The notes beneath the pieces are model-generated. The model was not told the origin of the DNA. It worked only from the letters and a program-made list of their open reading frames with translations, and did not search any database. Shown piece after piece: positions 50,001 to 63,238 of a stretch of DNA of 64,000 nucleotides. A program made the position numbers and the translations under genes. Every line of letters begins with the position of its first letter. Position 1 is the stretch's first letter. This DNA comes from Thalia democratica (taxonomy: Eukaryota): positions 21,204,001 to 21,268,000 of the forward strand of contig OZ241830.1 in the NCBI GenBank assembly GCA_965202585.1. The letters are read 5' to 3'.

Positions 50001-51104
50001 CTTTTTCAAACCTTTTGTATAGATCAAATCAATAAACTTACTTCGACAATTGCCCGTACTCTTAAGCAAACAGAATCAATAAGAACAAGTGCATATAATG
50101 TATTAAAAAAAGCTATTTGTATTTTATAGTATTGGATAAAATGTTTAAAACATTTTATTTACGAACACTTTATTATGTCTTTTGTGAAAGCATATTAGAG
50201 TAACATGTAAACTTTAAATTAAATATAGTGATAAGTAAATATTTTATGATTTAATAAATACTTTGTAATATAGATAGTTTTGCACGATTAGTGGAGGTTT
50301 TTCATTAAAAGTACAAAGCTTACTGATTTTGACTGATTATTTTGTAGGTTATAACAGTTGTTTAATTTTTTGTAATTTCTTAGAAATTAACAGACTAATT
50401 TCTATTTCTATCAAAACTATTTTTATCTAAAAAAACTTTTTTTTAAAGCATATCTTAATTTATATTTATGTTTATAGTCCATATTTTAAGAAACTCAAAA
50501 TTTTTTAATTAATCTTTTTAAACTATTTCTTTTGTTTGAATATAAACAAGAATACCCAGTCTTCAATGTAAATTGTCCATAGTATGTTTGTAAAAAACAT
50601 ACTACATTGTTTTGTTTTTAAGCTAAAATATTCAAGTACATTTTTTTAGTTTTAGCTTGAATTTGCAATATAACAGTTCAAAATTAACAGTTGTTATGAA
50701 AGTTTTATTAGTTTATTTGAAAACCTTGGCCATAAATGTTTTATTTTACTTTCCGTATAACAACCATATAAGTATTTTATAGTATTGTTTAAAAGTTGAA
50801 GCATCAAAATAATGAATAATAGTTGTTGTCGCATAGTATGAAACAGATCATGAAAGTAATAAAAAGTTAAATATTTTTAGAGGACATATTTTATAACTAA
50901 TTCAGTTGTAAATACATACTTTAAAATTATAATACCAAACTTATTTAAACTTAAAGAATTGAAAGTGGCTTTATATGTTTAATAATTTTTTTATTTGCAC
51001 CGTAACTGAACTAATATCAAAACATACGAAATTTAGTAATTTAATTTAAAACAAGTTTTCAGTTTTACCAAAAGTTTATAGTACGTTTTTGAATGAAAAA
51101 CAAA

Positions 51105-51205
51105 AAAAAAGTTTTTTAAACCATGTATTGGTCAAAACTGTTTAGTTTTTTAAAACTTAAAAAACTAAACAGTTTTCGACCAATACATGATTTAATAAAC
51201 TTTTT
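51105..51205. repeat. Near-perfect short-loop hairpin (about 50-bp arms)
   Basis: CATGTATTGGTCAAAACTGTTTAGTTTTTTAA ... TTAAAAAACTAAACAGTTTTCGACCAATACATG. Confidence 0.85.
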
Positions 51206-54200
51206 TTGTTGTTATACTAATGCAAGTTTAATTGAAATCAGTTAAAGCTGTAGAAATGAAACTTACGTAAAGTACTACTTTAGTTGATATATAAAGGCAC
51301 TGTAAAAACAACTGTTTCAAATGTGAATAATAGTTATTCATTTTGTTATTTTTCTTCGAATTCCAGCTGATATAACTTGAACATTTGGTTAATACAATTG
51401 TTAACATCAACGGTTGACGCTGAGAAAGTTAATAAAAACTTTATGAATAAAATATTAGATAACAACGCTACATTTACAAATAATAATTTTTTTAAGGCGA
51501 GGTGTTAAGGTAGTAATTTGATTGATAACTCGTTAAGTTTAATTTGTAATTAATTACCAGTATGTTTTATGTTTTTGTTTTTTAACATAAATAGAATAAC
51601 TAATTATTACCCAATTATTGCAGTGTTATTGATCTTTTGTTCTAATATTTTAAAAGAAATATAAAACAGATGTTAAATAACTTTGTTTAAAATTTTTGCA
51701 TAAATGCACCTCGATAAAAACAGCACAAATATAACTATGTAGAAAATATTACGAACTTAACTGATATTTTAAGCCAATATTGTTCTTAAATTGTATAAGG
51801 CTTATAAGTAATAATATAAAACACTTTAACAAGTTTATAATTTAATTTTTCTCTGTAGTAAACTGTAACACTAAACGTTTCCTATATATATATATTTTGA
51901 ACTGTTTATTCAAATTTTAGCCGAAACTATCTCTGTAAAGCGGTGTTTATCGATTTAGGAAGACGTTTTTCAGTTTTTCAAATTAGAATGTGGTCAGTAT
52001 TTTTCTGCGTTCCCAAATACATACAGTTGATAAATCTTTGAACTTTTTCCTTTGATTAGGTTTAGTAATCAACAAATTTTGCAATTTTTTTAACAGAACA
52101 TTCAAAATAATAAAAACAAACAAATATTGCAGTTAATACTTTAATGTGGAGCTTAAAAAAATGTAAAGTGTTTGTTGGAGTAATAAAATGTTAGTTCAAT
52201 CTTCAACCAGATTTTTTATGTTTGTCTCATAAATTTTAATGTTGAAATTTTAAAGCTTTATTAAATTTAAAAACTAAACAGGTAGCTTCAGTAAATTTAC
52301 ATCGTATAAAAATTTTATAGTTTCCGAAATAAAAAATTAATTCAAAACTTTCAATGTAAGTTTTAATAGAAAAGGAAATTTTAACCGGAAACATTAAATA
52401 AACTTATTTTCTTCCCTGAAATAGTTTCTAGTATAAATATAATGCTTTGAGATTTCTAGAGTTGTCTAAAAATGTTTATGCTCATCTAAACTAGTAAGCA
52501 AACTAAAACATTTAGATTATTTTATGAAATCTATGCAAGACTTTTTTTGTTTTGTTTTACTAAGATTTCAAAATTATCCTTCAGTTGAAGATGCTTTAAA
52601 TAAAAACTAGAATAATTTGCATTGTAGAAGCTTAAGTTTTTATAAGTTCAATAAGCTTTGAAAACGCAGATTAAAATAAAAAATAACAAAATGTAATTAA
52701 GTTTCGAATAACTTGTTTCAGCTTTATAACGAAAGAAAAGGATTAAGTGTAAATTGTACTTAAACTTTTTTAAAAATATTTATTTGAGAAAACATTTTAA
52801 TTTTTTAAATAAAGTATTAATGAATTTTTTTTAATTAATACTTAAACCACTTATAGTGCTGGTGATAAATAGAAAATGCTGATTATTTTTCAACAAACAT
52901 ATACATTGCGTTTGAATTTGTTTGTAAAGAAAAAAAGTAATACGATTTCTTTTGTTGTGAATATTTTTGAAAATTCATCTACTATTGATACTGCTTTTGC
53001 ACTCAACGCATTTACACATTTTATCTGATTAAAAGAACTTTTTTTGAAAGTTTTGTTAGAGTTGTATTGTATAACTAATTTAAATACTTAATATATGTAT
53101 TCGATTCAAGTAATAACATATATAAAGTTAAATAAAATAAATTTTGTTTAGATCTTTGCAATACATTAGTCTTTCAAAACATATTTTGTTAATGAAATAG
53201 CGTTGAACATAATTTGAACCAGTGTTAAAAATTAAGAAAAGTGAAAATTTACATAAAATAAAAAATCTGTTTAATAACTTAATAAAATTTTTGTGCAACT
53301 TTTGACTTTAGATCATATAACTTTAAGAAACTCTTTAGTCACATAATAGTTAAATTTTGACAAATATAAAATTAAAAGTTGATAGAAATAACTACACTTC
53401 GAATTCCAGATAATGTAAGGTAAACATTTGGTTTATACGAATTCGAACAAAAACAGTTGTTGTTCGTCAGTTTACTAAACAAAACTGCAACATTATTAAT
53501 AAAATATAACTTGTAACTGTTAAATTTGAAACTTAGCTATTTTTTTTTTTAAACTAGCAAAAGGAAAGTGTTTTGGCCTAACAAAATTGAAAAAATTATA
53601 TTTTCAGTTTACTTAAGTAAATATTAGCGATGTTAAAAACTTCACTGAACAGATCAAATTGTTACTAAAACTTAAAAAAAAATTAGTTTACAGTTTATTA
53701 TCAATTTAAATTTAACTCTAAGAAACTTAATCCAAAACTATGAATTAGTATTAACCAATAGCTTATTAATTTTATGAACTTATTACTACAGTATCGTTAA
53801 AAAAAAAGCAATACTAAATTAGTGTTTAACAAATAACAAAAGTTAAACTTTAAAGTACAAAGTAAATGTTGCTGTTTTAATGTCGCCCTAAGTAGCATTT
53901 CACACAGATTATCAAGTTCATACAAATTGCCTTGAGCCAAATTGAACTTAGTATACTTATTTATACTAGCATTTTGCTATCATATTACGCTTCAGTTTTA
54001 TTTCTTGTGTTAACTAGTTGTGTTTCAGGTTAATTTTGTTCAGTTTTTGAGCAAATAAAATTAATTAGATTAGTTATATTTTTGTAATATTAACAAATGT
54101 AATAATTCACATTTTTGTTGTCAGAGTTGAGTTATTTTGTGCTATGTTGTATAATAGCAACAACTAACGTTTCTTAGTAATACACACACTAAAGACCTCT

Positions 54201-54485
54201 ATTTTATTAGTTAAGTTTTAGAACAATTAATATAACTTTTTTAGTGAATATGAAAATTTTACAAGTTTGTTTTTTAATATTATGTCGGAAAAATTAATTT
54301 CGGTTTTTTTCTGAAAAATGTAAAAGATTTGATATAACTTAATGAATATCAATTGAAGTAACAACGACAAAACAAAAGCAATTAGTAGGATACTATGGTA
54401 TCAACTTTAATTGCAATAACTATAAAGAGAATTTATTTTCAATTATTTTTACAAACATTTCGTTAAAGTAAAACAGTATCTAGAT

Positions 54486-54768
54486 CAGGGTTTTTCAAAG
54501 TGGGCCATAACATTACGATTTTTTAGAAACTTAGGGGGTTATAAACTACAAAGGGTCGAAAAAGTAGGCCGTGAGTAGTAAAGCGGTCTAAGGGGGCCAT
54601 GAGGCCTTATTTTTAACTTATACTAAATTTTATGGAGTCGATAATGAAGAGCGAAAAAAAGGTACTAGACGTATCTACGGGTAGTTTTCTGAGAAAAAGT
54701 ATTAAAGGGGGCCGTAGCTTTTTTAATTTCTTCAAAAACGACCATGAAAAAATTATTTGGAAATCCTG
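54486..54768 (+). mobile_element. hAT MITE shared by both arms (right copy)
   Basis: CAGGGTTTTTCAAA / TTTGGAAATCCTG ends; TSD ATCTAGAT/ACCTAGTT; paralogous position to 38774-39042. Confidence 0.85.
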
Positions 54769-57700
54769 ACCTAGTTAAATACTTTAACATTAAAAACAAT
54801 CAAATTATTTTAGGTAGGTATGAAAGCTGTTTTTTAAATATATAGAAGTATTTAAAATTTTTGTTTTAGTTATCGTTTAAATATTCTTCAGCACTGTTGT
54901 TTGTTGATGTTACTTGATATTTTTAAAAAAACAGTTATTTAAAAAATAAAATAGATAATAATTTATTTTTTACTTTGCAATCTAATGATAAATTGATCGT
55001 CTTAACTATTGTTTTAAATAAGTTAATGTATAATGACAGTTTGATAACTTTTTTGTGATTTAAAAAATTAAAATTTTATCAAGTAAACTTTTGAAGATAA
55101 ATGCTACTTTTATAACAGTTTTTGATCTTAAAAAATAAAATAATTGTGGCAAAAAAATTAATCATTATCGACACTTTTATTAATTAAGCGTACATCAATT
55201 TATTACAAGATTTTGAATATTATCGATCTTTTTCTTTATACAAACTTAAGATTAAAAACTAATCAGTTTTTATATTAAAAGCAGTTATCAAAGCAACCTT
55301 TTTTATACATTAACTATAATTTCTGATACTACAAAGTAAGTTTGAGACAATTTATATATAAAACTTCTAAGTGTAACAAGCTATAAAAAACGTATGAAGA
55401 CATTCTCTCATATTTTAACTTGTAATACAATTGTTTTTCTTTAGCATTATTTCTCTTCTTTTTAACATTTTCTTTATTCCCATGCAGAATGCACTACAAG
55501 ATGTATGTGGAATACATAACCTCTATGTTCTGCAAAAGTTAAGTGGAACTACTTAAAAAAAATTAATAATATGCTTTAGTTTATGTATTGTCTTTGATAT
55601 TTTTTAGAACTTTTAATACATTTAAGAGTGTAAGTTTTTGTTTTATAAAAGTCAAATGAATAACAAAATAGATTGAAAAAAAAATATAAAAAATAAAATT
55701 TTTACCTTATTTGTTTTGATGTAGCATTTTTTAAGGATATGCTTTAATTTGTTTGTCTACTAGTATTTTTGATAAAGCACTTTTAAAACAATTTTATATA
55801 AATACTTAAAGTGTGCTTTTGTTTGCTTGAACACTTTGAGTATCTTCAGAAGGTGTATTGTTTATTTTGTCATAAACAAACAACTAGCAACTTGTAGTAG
55901 TAGAACATTGCTAAAAAGCTGAATATTAAAAATTTTAACTTCGATGGTATAATACTTTTACGAGCATCGTCTGTAACTTTAATATTTGAATTCAAAAATT
56001 TTAAGACTTCATTTGTCTTTTTATTAAAGTTTTTTATTGAGCAAAAAGTTTAATTTTTGTTTTGAAAGTTTGTAATTGCAGAATTTTTTTTTATTTAATT
56101 TTAATTTTGTTTACAAAAATCTAAACTAATCTTTTAGAATGAAATGAGTTTTTGTTTTGTTAGTACTTTGGTTAAAGTTTATTAGTTTTAACATAACAGC
56201 AATTTTTTTTATATTACCAAAATATTATAAAACTATTTTTTAGTTCTAATTTAGTAAGCTTTAAAAACTATTTTTCTAAATAGACTACTATTTTTCTGTT
56301 ATTAAATATCTATATAAAATAAAAATTCTAAAGATAAAATTTGGAAAGAAATAAGGTCAAAACCATTTTTTTACTTTTTGTGTGCAAAATAATACATAGA
56401 GACAAAACATGATATAACATGTAATCCTAATATTTTTATGCAAACAAGTTATTAAAAATTCTACTACCTCGATAAACATAATTTGATTTGACTGTTTGAA
56501 GTAAAAACATGAACTTGCGTTTAATATCAAAACTTTAGACGGATAATTGTTATAAAAGCTAAGTGTTTGTTTACGAGTTTACAGTTTAAAGTTAACACAG
56601 ACTTATGTTTTTTAATTGCAGCTGTGTTTTAAAGAACTAAGTTTAAGTCATTTTACACAGTTTATTATAGCATACACTTTCTTATTTTGAAAATGTTTGA
56701 TTTAAAAATACAATAATCATCCTAAAAGTGTTTACAAAAAACATTTGAATTAAAAGTTTTCAGCTAAAAAAATCTAATGTTGATTTTCAATTTTGAATAA
56801 ATTTATTTGAGCTGACTGACGTGTAAATAAGTTTTAAATTGTGCTTCCAAAACAAGCTGACAAAATTTAAACCTTGGTTAATACAAAACTGGCTAAAACT
56901 TTAAAATTACAAATTCATGAAAAATTAATTATAAATAATTTTAGTTTATTCAATATTTTTAATTTACTTATTGTTTATAAATTGTTATCAATTAGTACAA
57001 TTATACTCATCTATTTTGCACACTTATCCCAATTACAATTGAAATAAGTTTTAGTTATTTAAGTATTAATGTCTACTTTTTAGTTTTGATAAAAAGCATG
57101 TGATAAATTCACACTTAAAAGTATTAAATTCTAGATCAATTTTTAAAGTTTAGTTTTTTCTACAACAGTCACTGTTAATAACTAAACTTTTTCTTTTTGT
57201 TCATGTAAAGTAAACTGTTAGTTTATCATTTTAAAAGCTTGTTTAACTACTCATTCTCAATAAAAGTAACTGATATTTAAGTTTTTGTTTATGTTATTTA
57301 TTAACCAAGCTTTTAATATTTTATATTGTACCCGAGTTTTACTTAAGTCAAAAGGAAATTTAGTTTAAGAAAACATGATTGCATCTAACACAAAAAGGAA
57401 ACCTCTTTTTTAACATCACGTCACAAATTAGCGTAAACTTTTCCTTTCAAACTTTTATTATTCTTTGGCGAAACCTTTATTGATTTCATTCAATACACTG
57501 AAGAAAAATTGTCAACACTTCATGAATATTTTAATAATCAAGCATAATTGTCCAAATAAACCGGACAGAACATAAATAATTCAGTTTAAATATCGTTTAC
57601 TTGTCTTAACTACCTACACCGTTTAACCTTATCTTCGTGGTATCGATTAAAATATAGCGTTTTACTCGTCTAGGTGGGAAAATCCATTAAAAGTAGACAA

Positions 57701-59829
57701 GTTTTAAGTAACATTATATATCTTAAATAGAATATAATGCATACGATTCAACTTTTTAGTATTGTATGGGAAATTACTAAAAAAGTGTTAAGTTTTATTT
57801 AGTGTATATTTGTAATACTAGTTTAAAAAATATAACTAGATATATTTTTTATGAAGTAAATATACGTTTAATATCATTTAAAAGAAGTGTTTTTTTGTTT
57901 CTTGAGAAAGACAAACAAAACAAATAAGTTTTATAGTGATATTTTATAGCGAAAATATACAAGTACAAAGATTTGGTTTTTGTTTTTGTGGGAAAGTCAA
58001 CAAATTTTTATATGAAGCAACGATATAATTTTACTTAAGATCACATTTAACCGATATGCAGTTCAATTAAATTAAAATTGACAAAAAAAAAAACAACGAT
58101 ACAGTGCATTAAATCATAGATGTTTTAGTTTATGTTTCGTTTTTTGTATAGATTTATTAACTCTATAAATAACAAGATTTACAGGTAAACTATTAACATT
58201 TTTATTTGAACAAAACGAATAATAGTCGAAAATTAAGTTATAGTATACTTTAAATACATTAACATATTAGTAGACTTATATGTTTTAATTAAAGCTAGTA
58301 GTGAAGATTAACTAGTTTAAAAAGGAGATTTTATTTTTGAAAAAGACTTTAAGGTGAATACTGAGTAATCAAACAATTTTGAGTTTAGCGCAAATATTAC
58401 GTAGTTTTGAATAAATTTTCAATCAAATATTTCGTTAATGATTTTTTAAAGCTTATTTAGAAAACTTAAGTATTTTTTAAATTATTTAATCATCTACATT
58501 ATTTTCTATCAACTATTAAAGATATTAATTAACTTAATCATTCAGTGATGATAAGGTATTACGAATTGAAACTGTTTCAAATTATAAGACGAGTCAAATG
58601 TTTTTTTTTATGAAATTTATTTCCAAACTGTTGAGGAATATTTGAATATTTGTTTTCTAATATATAAACGATCAAAAACCTTATAAGTTATTTTAAATGC
58701 ATTTGAAAAATATTTTTACATAGAATTTGCTGCAACAAAACTCAAAACACAAATTTAAAGTTTCTCTCTCATTTAAAAACCGGTTTGTATTTTTTCTCAA
58801 AATTATCTTTTCTCTCATTAATAAATTTTCAATCTGTTTTAACGCTAAACACAATAAGGTGTGTGTTGTGCTTAAACTTAATTTAATTTTTCTTTATAAT
58901 AGCTGGTTTTATTTTTACTTCTATTGAATTTTGTGCTAGTATAGAAAATAGATTATTTTTGTTTTATGACTAACATATGATTTATATTTAAAGAGTTTCA
59001 TCTTAAACTGTAACATTATTAGGTAATATAAATTTTGTTGAAACTAGTTTAGTTAAGGGATTTTAATTAGGATACTTTAATAAAAGAATGCATAACATCT
59101 TTTATATATTAAAGTTTAAAATGTAAAAGTATCATATTAACTTTAATGACTGCTTAATTAAAACTTTTACAACTTTGTTTAATTTTGTTGTTTAATTTTC
59201 AATGGTTTATTACGTTTATCTTGATTATAATTACATTTACTGCGTCTGGTAGATGATGCTTCAAGTATATATACAAATTTCAATACATTTTCGAAAATCC
59301 AATTAGCAATACTCTTTACTTAACTTAGAAACTCAAGCTTATCATAAAGTTCTATTTTGAGTAAAATTTTGTATATTTGTAAAGTACAAAATAAAGGTTT
59401 GTTTTTGATAATTTTAAGTAAAATATATATGTTTAATCTTGTTACGATTCAAATTTTAACTAGATGTTTTGAAATGAACTTTAGTTGTACTAAAATATTT
59501 CAAAACTAATACTTCTGAAAACTACTACTAATATTTCAACGTTTCTGAATATAATATTATCGTATCCAAAACTTTTTTTTTGGAAAGCATTCAACAATCA
59601 TACATTATTAATATTCTTTTCCACACTCTGAGCAAATTTTTTCCACCATGAAAAGAAAGCTAGTAAACAATAGTGCATGTAGAGAGAATAAGTAAGTAAA
59701 ACAACAAAAGTAAAACAAAGAATAAAAAAGTAAGGTTATTTTAAATGAGAAAAACTTTTTTGAAATAAAAAAACATTTAAAACTCGATTACATACATAAT
59801 AACTCCTGACAAAATTGGTTTTTAATGAA

Positions 59830-60105
59830 ACCGAACCGGCTTCAAAGTTGCAGCGGATGTAATTTCAAATGTCATTTTGTGTAATAGACGTGTATTTTGT
59901 GCAACTACCAAAGAACATGTTAAAAGTGCGCCAAAAGTGAAGATAATTACGTTTATGAGTGACGTTGTAATAAGTTGTAATACTTTTGTATTTATACCCA
60001 CCTGTCTCGGCTTATAAACTTTTGTGTGTTTGATGTAAGTATTGAAAAAAGTGAAATGACACGCGTTTGAGCTGAGCTAAGTACTTTGATTCAGTGATAA
60101 AATGA
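59830..60105 (+). promoter_or_regulatory. P-block 5' of right protocadherin ATG exon
   Basis: Paralog of 32385-32645. Confidence 0.45.
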
Positions 60106-60359
60106 TTGAAATTATTTTAAATCTACCACTATTGTTACTTTAAGTGATCGCTATTTTTTATATCTAGTCTTTAAGCGAACTATTTAATAGATAATTACTG
60201 TTTTTCAAATCCTTTATTTAAATACTGGTTGCAGATATTTACTATGTTAGAATCAAATTTGTTTATAAAACATGATTAAGTTATTTATACAACTGTGAAA
60301 TTTGTTTTAAAAATATTTATTCGTACTTTTGAACATTTTTACATTATTCAGATTTTAAA

Positions 60360-63238
60360 ATGATAAAAGTTTTAGTTTTATTTTTGTTTGTGTTTTCAAG
60401 TAGTTTTTGTAAACAAACAAGATCTGTCGAAATACCTGATGTCATCATAAAAGAAGATATCAAAATAGGTTTGTTTAATGATATAATCTTTAAAACAAAA
60501 TATTTTTTTACAAACCATTTGAATACTTTTGACAAAATATTGTTTATCAAGTAAGTTCTATGATTTTTTATATAGTTCTAATGGGCTTTATGCAACTTTA
60601 GGCTCAACAATAGCAGAAAAGTCACAGTACATGCCAGCTACGAACTCAGATAATAATGAAACTTGGTTTTACTCAATCAAAAAAGTTTACACTCAAAAAC
60701 AAGATAATCAGATTGAAGTTAAAGACTTGTTTTTAATTGATGTTTATTCTGGAAACATAAGAATAAATAGAAACATCAACTTCACATCAGACTGTGCTGG
60801 GAACTGTTATTGCATTCTTAATGTACTAGTTAGTATCTTTTATTTGTTACTACTAAACAAAAAAATAAGTATTATTTTTTTTTGATAAATGATATAATAA
60901 AAAAAGTAAATTGATTTTCTCACATAAACTTGAATTAAAAAAAATATATGATATCCAGTTCAAACTTGAATATCAAGTTTTTTAGAATAAATTGAAATTC
61001 TAAGTTATTACAAGACTTCTAAAAAAAAGTATAAACGTAAGTAAACAATAAAAACGTTCAAATAAACGGTTCTGATCACATAACAGGTAGGTTTGTCAAA
61101 AAACTTGAACAGCGACAACATTCGCGCCGTCAAAATTGTCAGAGTTAAAGTTGATGACGTCAACAATAACTTTCCCGTGTTTGCAAGAGATTTGAGTCCG
61201 CTAGAAATTCCTGAAGACTCAAAAGTTGGATCTCTGTTTAACATAAATCAATATAAAGCATCCGATGCAGACTGTAGTAAGTTATGTTTTAAAAAAAACA
61301 TATGTATACAATTAATGATAATAAATTCCTTCAGGCTTTAGAATATATGGCTTTGAAATTACTTTGCTTGAAAATTAAGTATATTTATTTTATGCGACTA
61401 AAATAATAAAAGTAAAAGTATTTAACAAAAGAAAAAAACTCGCTTCCACTTTAATAAAATTTGTACAAACAAAATATTATTTATTTTAAATGCTTAACAA
61501 TGCTTTGATATAACGGTTAGTTTTTAAGTTTGACCAAAAAAAACTAGGTTGGGTTCTACAGGTGTTTTTGAATTTATGATAACAGTAAGTTATCTACATT
61601 AGACAAAAGCTTAATTAAATAAAGGATTGTTAGAAAGTATATATAAAACTGTGTCTTTTGTAATTCAATTTTAAAACACGTGTAAATCTATCCTTGCAAA
61701 AGTCAAGTATTTTCATAAGATAAATCTAAAACCTTTTATAAATGTCAGATCAAATAACAATAGTTCACCATATGGTTTAAACGTGTTATTTTTACAACAT
61801 CATATTTTTCTTATCAATGACTTTTTGATTTTAATGTCAAAATTTACGACAACCGAAAACATCCGACAGTTAAAGTCACTTTTAACTTCTATTTTTGACA
61901 CAAACTAGCTTACATAATTTTTTTTATTCTTATCAAAAAGCTTTATAATTTTTACTATAAATAAGTATTTTGTGATAGGTGTATAGTAAACATGAGAATT
62001 ACGACATCTATAGTATTATCAAATGGCTAATTGAAGAAAATAATTTAAGATTATTTTACATTTACAAAGTTAATAGAATCTTACTGTAAACTGTATAACT
62101 TAGTTTTTTTTTATATAAATTGTATCTTCCGAAGCTTAGTTTTATTTAGAAATATTAGTTTTTTTTAATAGTTGTTTTACCTTTTTAGACAAGAACGCAG
62201 TAGTTGAATACAAACTGCAGAATAATGACTACTTTGAAATTTACGATCCTTATACAGCTAATGCTCAATTTTTGTTGTCAAAAAGACAAAATCTTGAACT
62301 AAGAACTAAAAGGAAACTTGGTTAGTATAATTTCACAAATTATAAGTTCTAAAATTTTTAAGTAAATTTTTAAAATCTGTGTGAAACTACTAGTTTGTTA
62401 AGGATTATACTTAAATTTTACAAAAAAAAACTTATTAACATTATATTTTAAATTAAATGGAAAACAATTTAACTTCAAAATATTATTCATTTTTTACAAA
62501 ATATTTTAAGGTTCTTTACAGTTTTCATTAATTATTTATTGTTAAAAAAAGTATTCATAAGACTACTTCTTTTAGTTGCTTTGACTGTTTCAAATCAGTG
62601 ACTGTGTAAATTTAGTTTACCAGTTTATTCCTACCAGATCACGAAACCAAGTCGATGATTCAATTAAGATTAACTGCAACTGATAAGGGAAAATCCCCAA
62701 TGACGTCATCAACATACGTCACAATTCACATCAGTGACGTAAACGACTGCAAACCCGAGTTTGATGTTGAAAATTCTGTTATTTCAGTTCCAGAAGACTC
62801 CCCGATTGGGTCGTTGGTTACCACTGTGGTTGCTAAGGACAAAGATGGTAGTCATGACAACAATCAGGTTCACTACAAAATTGTGGGTCAAATGGATGCT
62901 CCACCTAGAGTTGATAAATCTACATATCCTGATTTGTTATCGGTTGACAGGGAAAGTGGTGACGTAATCATTAAAAAGAAACTGAACTGGCAACTCCATA
63001 ACGGGTATGTACAAAATTAACCTTTGTATATTTTTTGGATGTTTGAGATTATCTCTACAAAACTAACTCTCACTTATATTTTTCAGCATAACATTTATAA
63101 TTGAAGCGAGTGATAACGGTAAAATACCCCAACATGCTACAACAAAAGTAATTCTGAATATCGAAGATGTAAATGATCACAAACCTGTTCTAGAAGTTTA
63201 TTTCTTTACAACTTCTGATAGTTTTAATAAAAACACAG
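60360..63238 (+). CDS. Protocadherin paralog, 5' part: join(60360..60468,60602..60828,61087..61276,62189..62320,62638..63004,63087..63238); continues beyond the window
   Basis: Exon lengths, phases and splice sites identical to exons 1-6 of the left gene; frames open; 25 amino-acid differences counted by hand. Confidence 0.9.
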
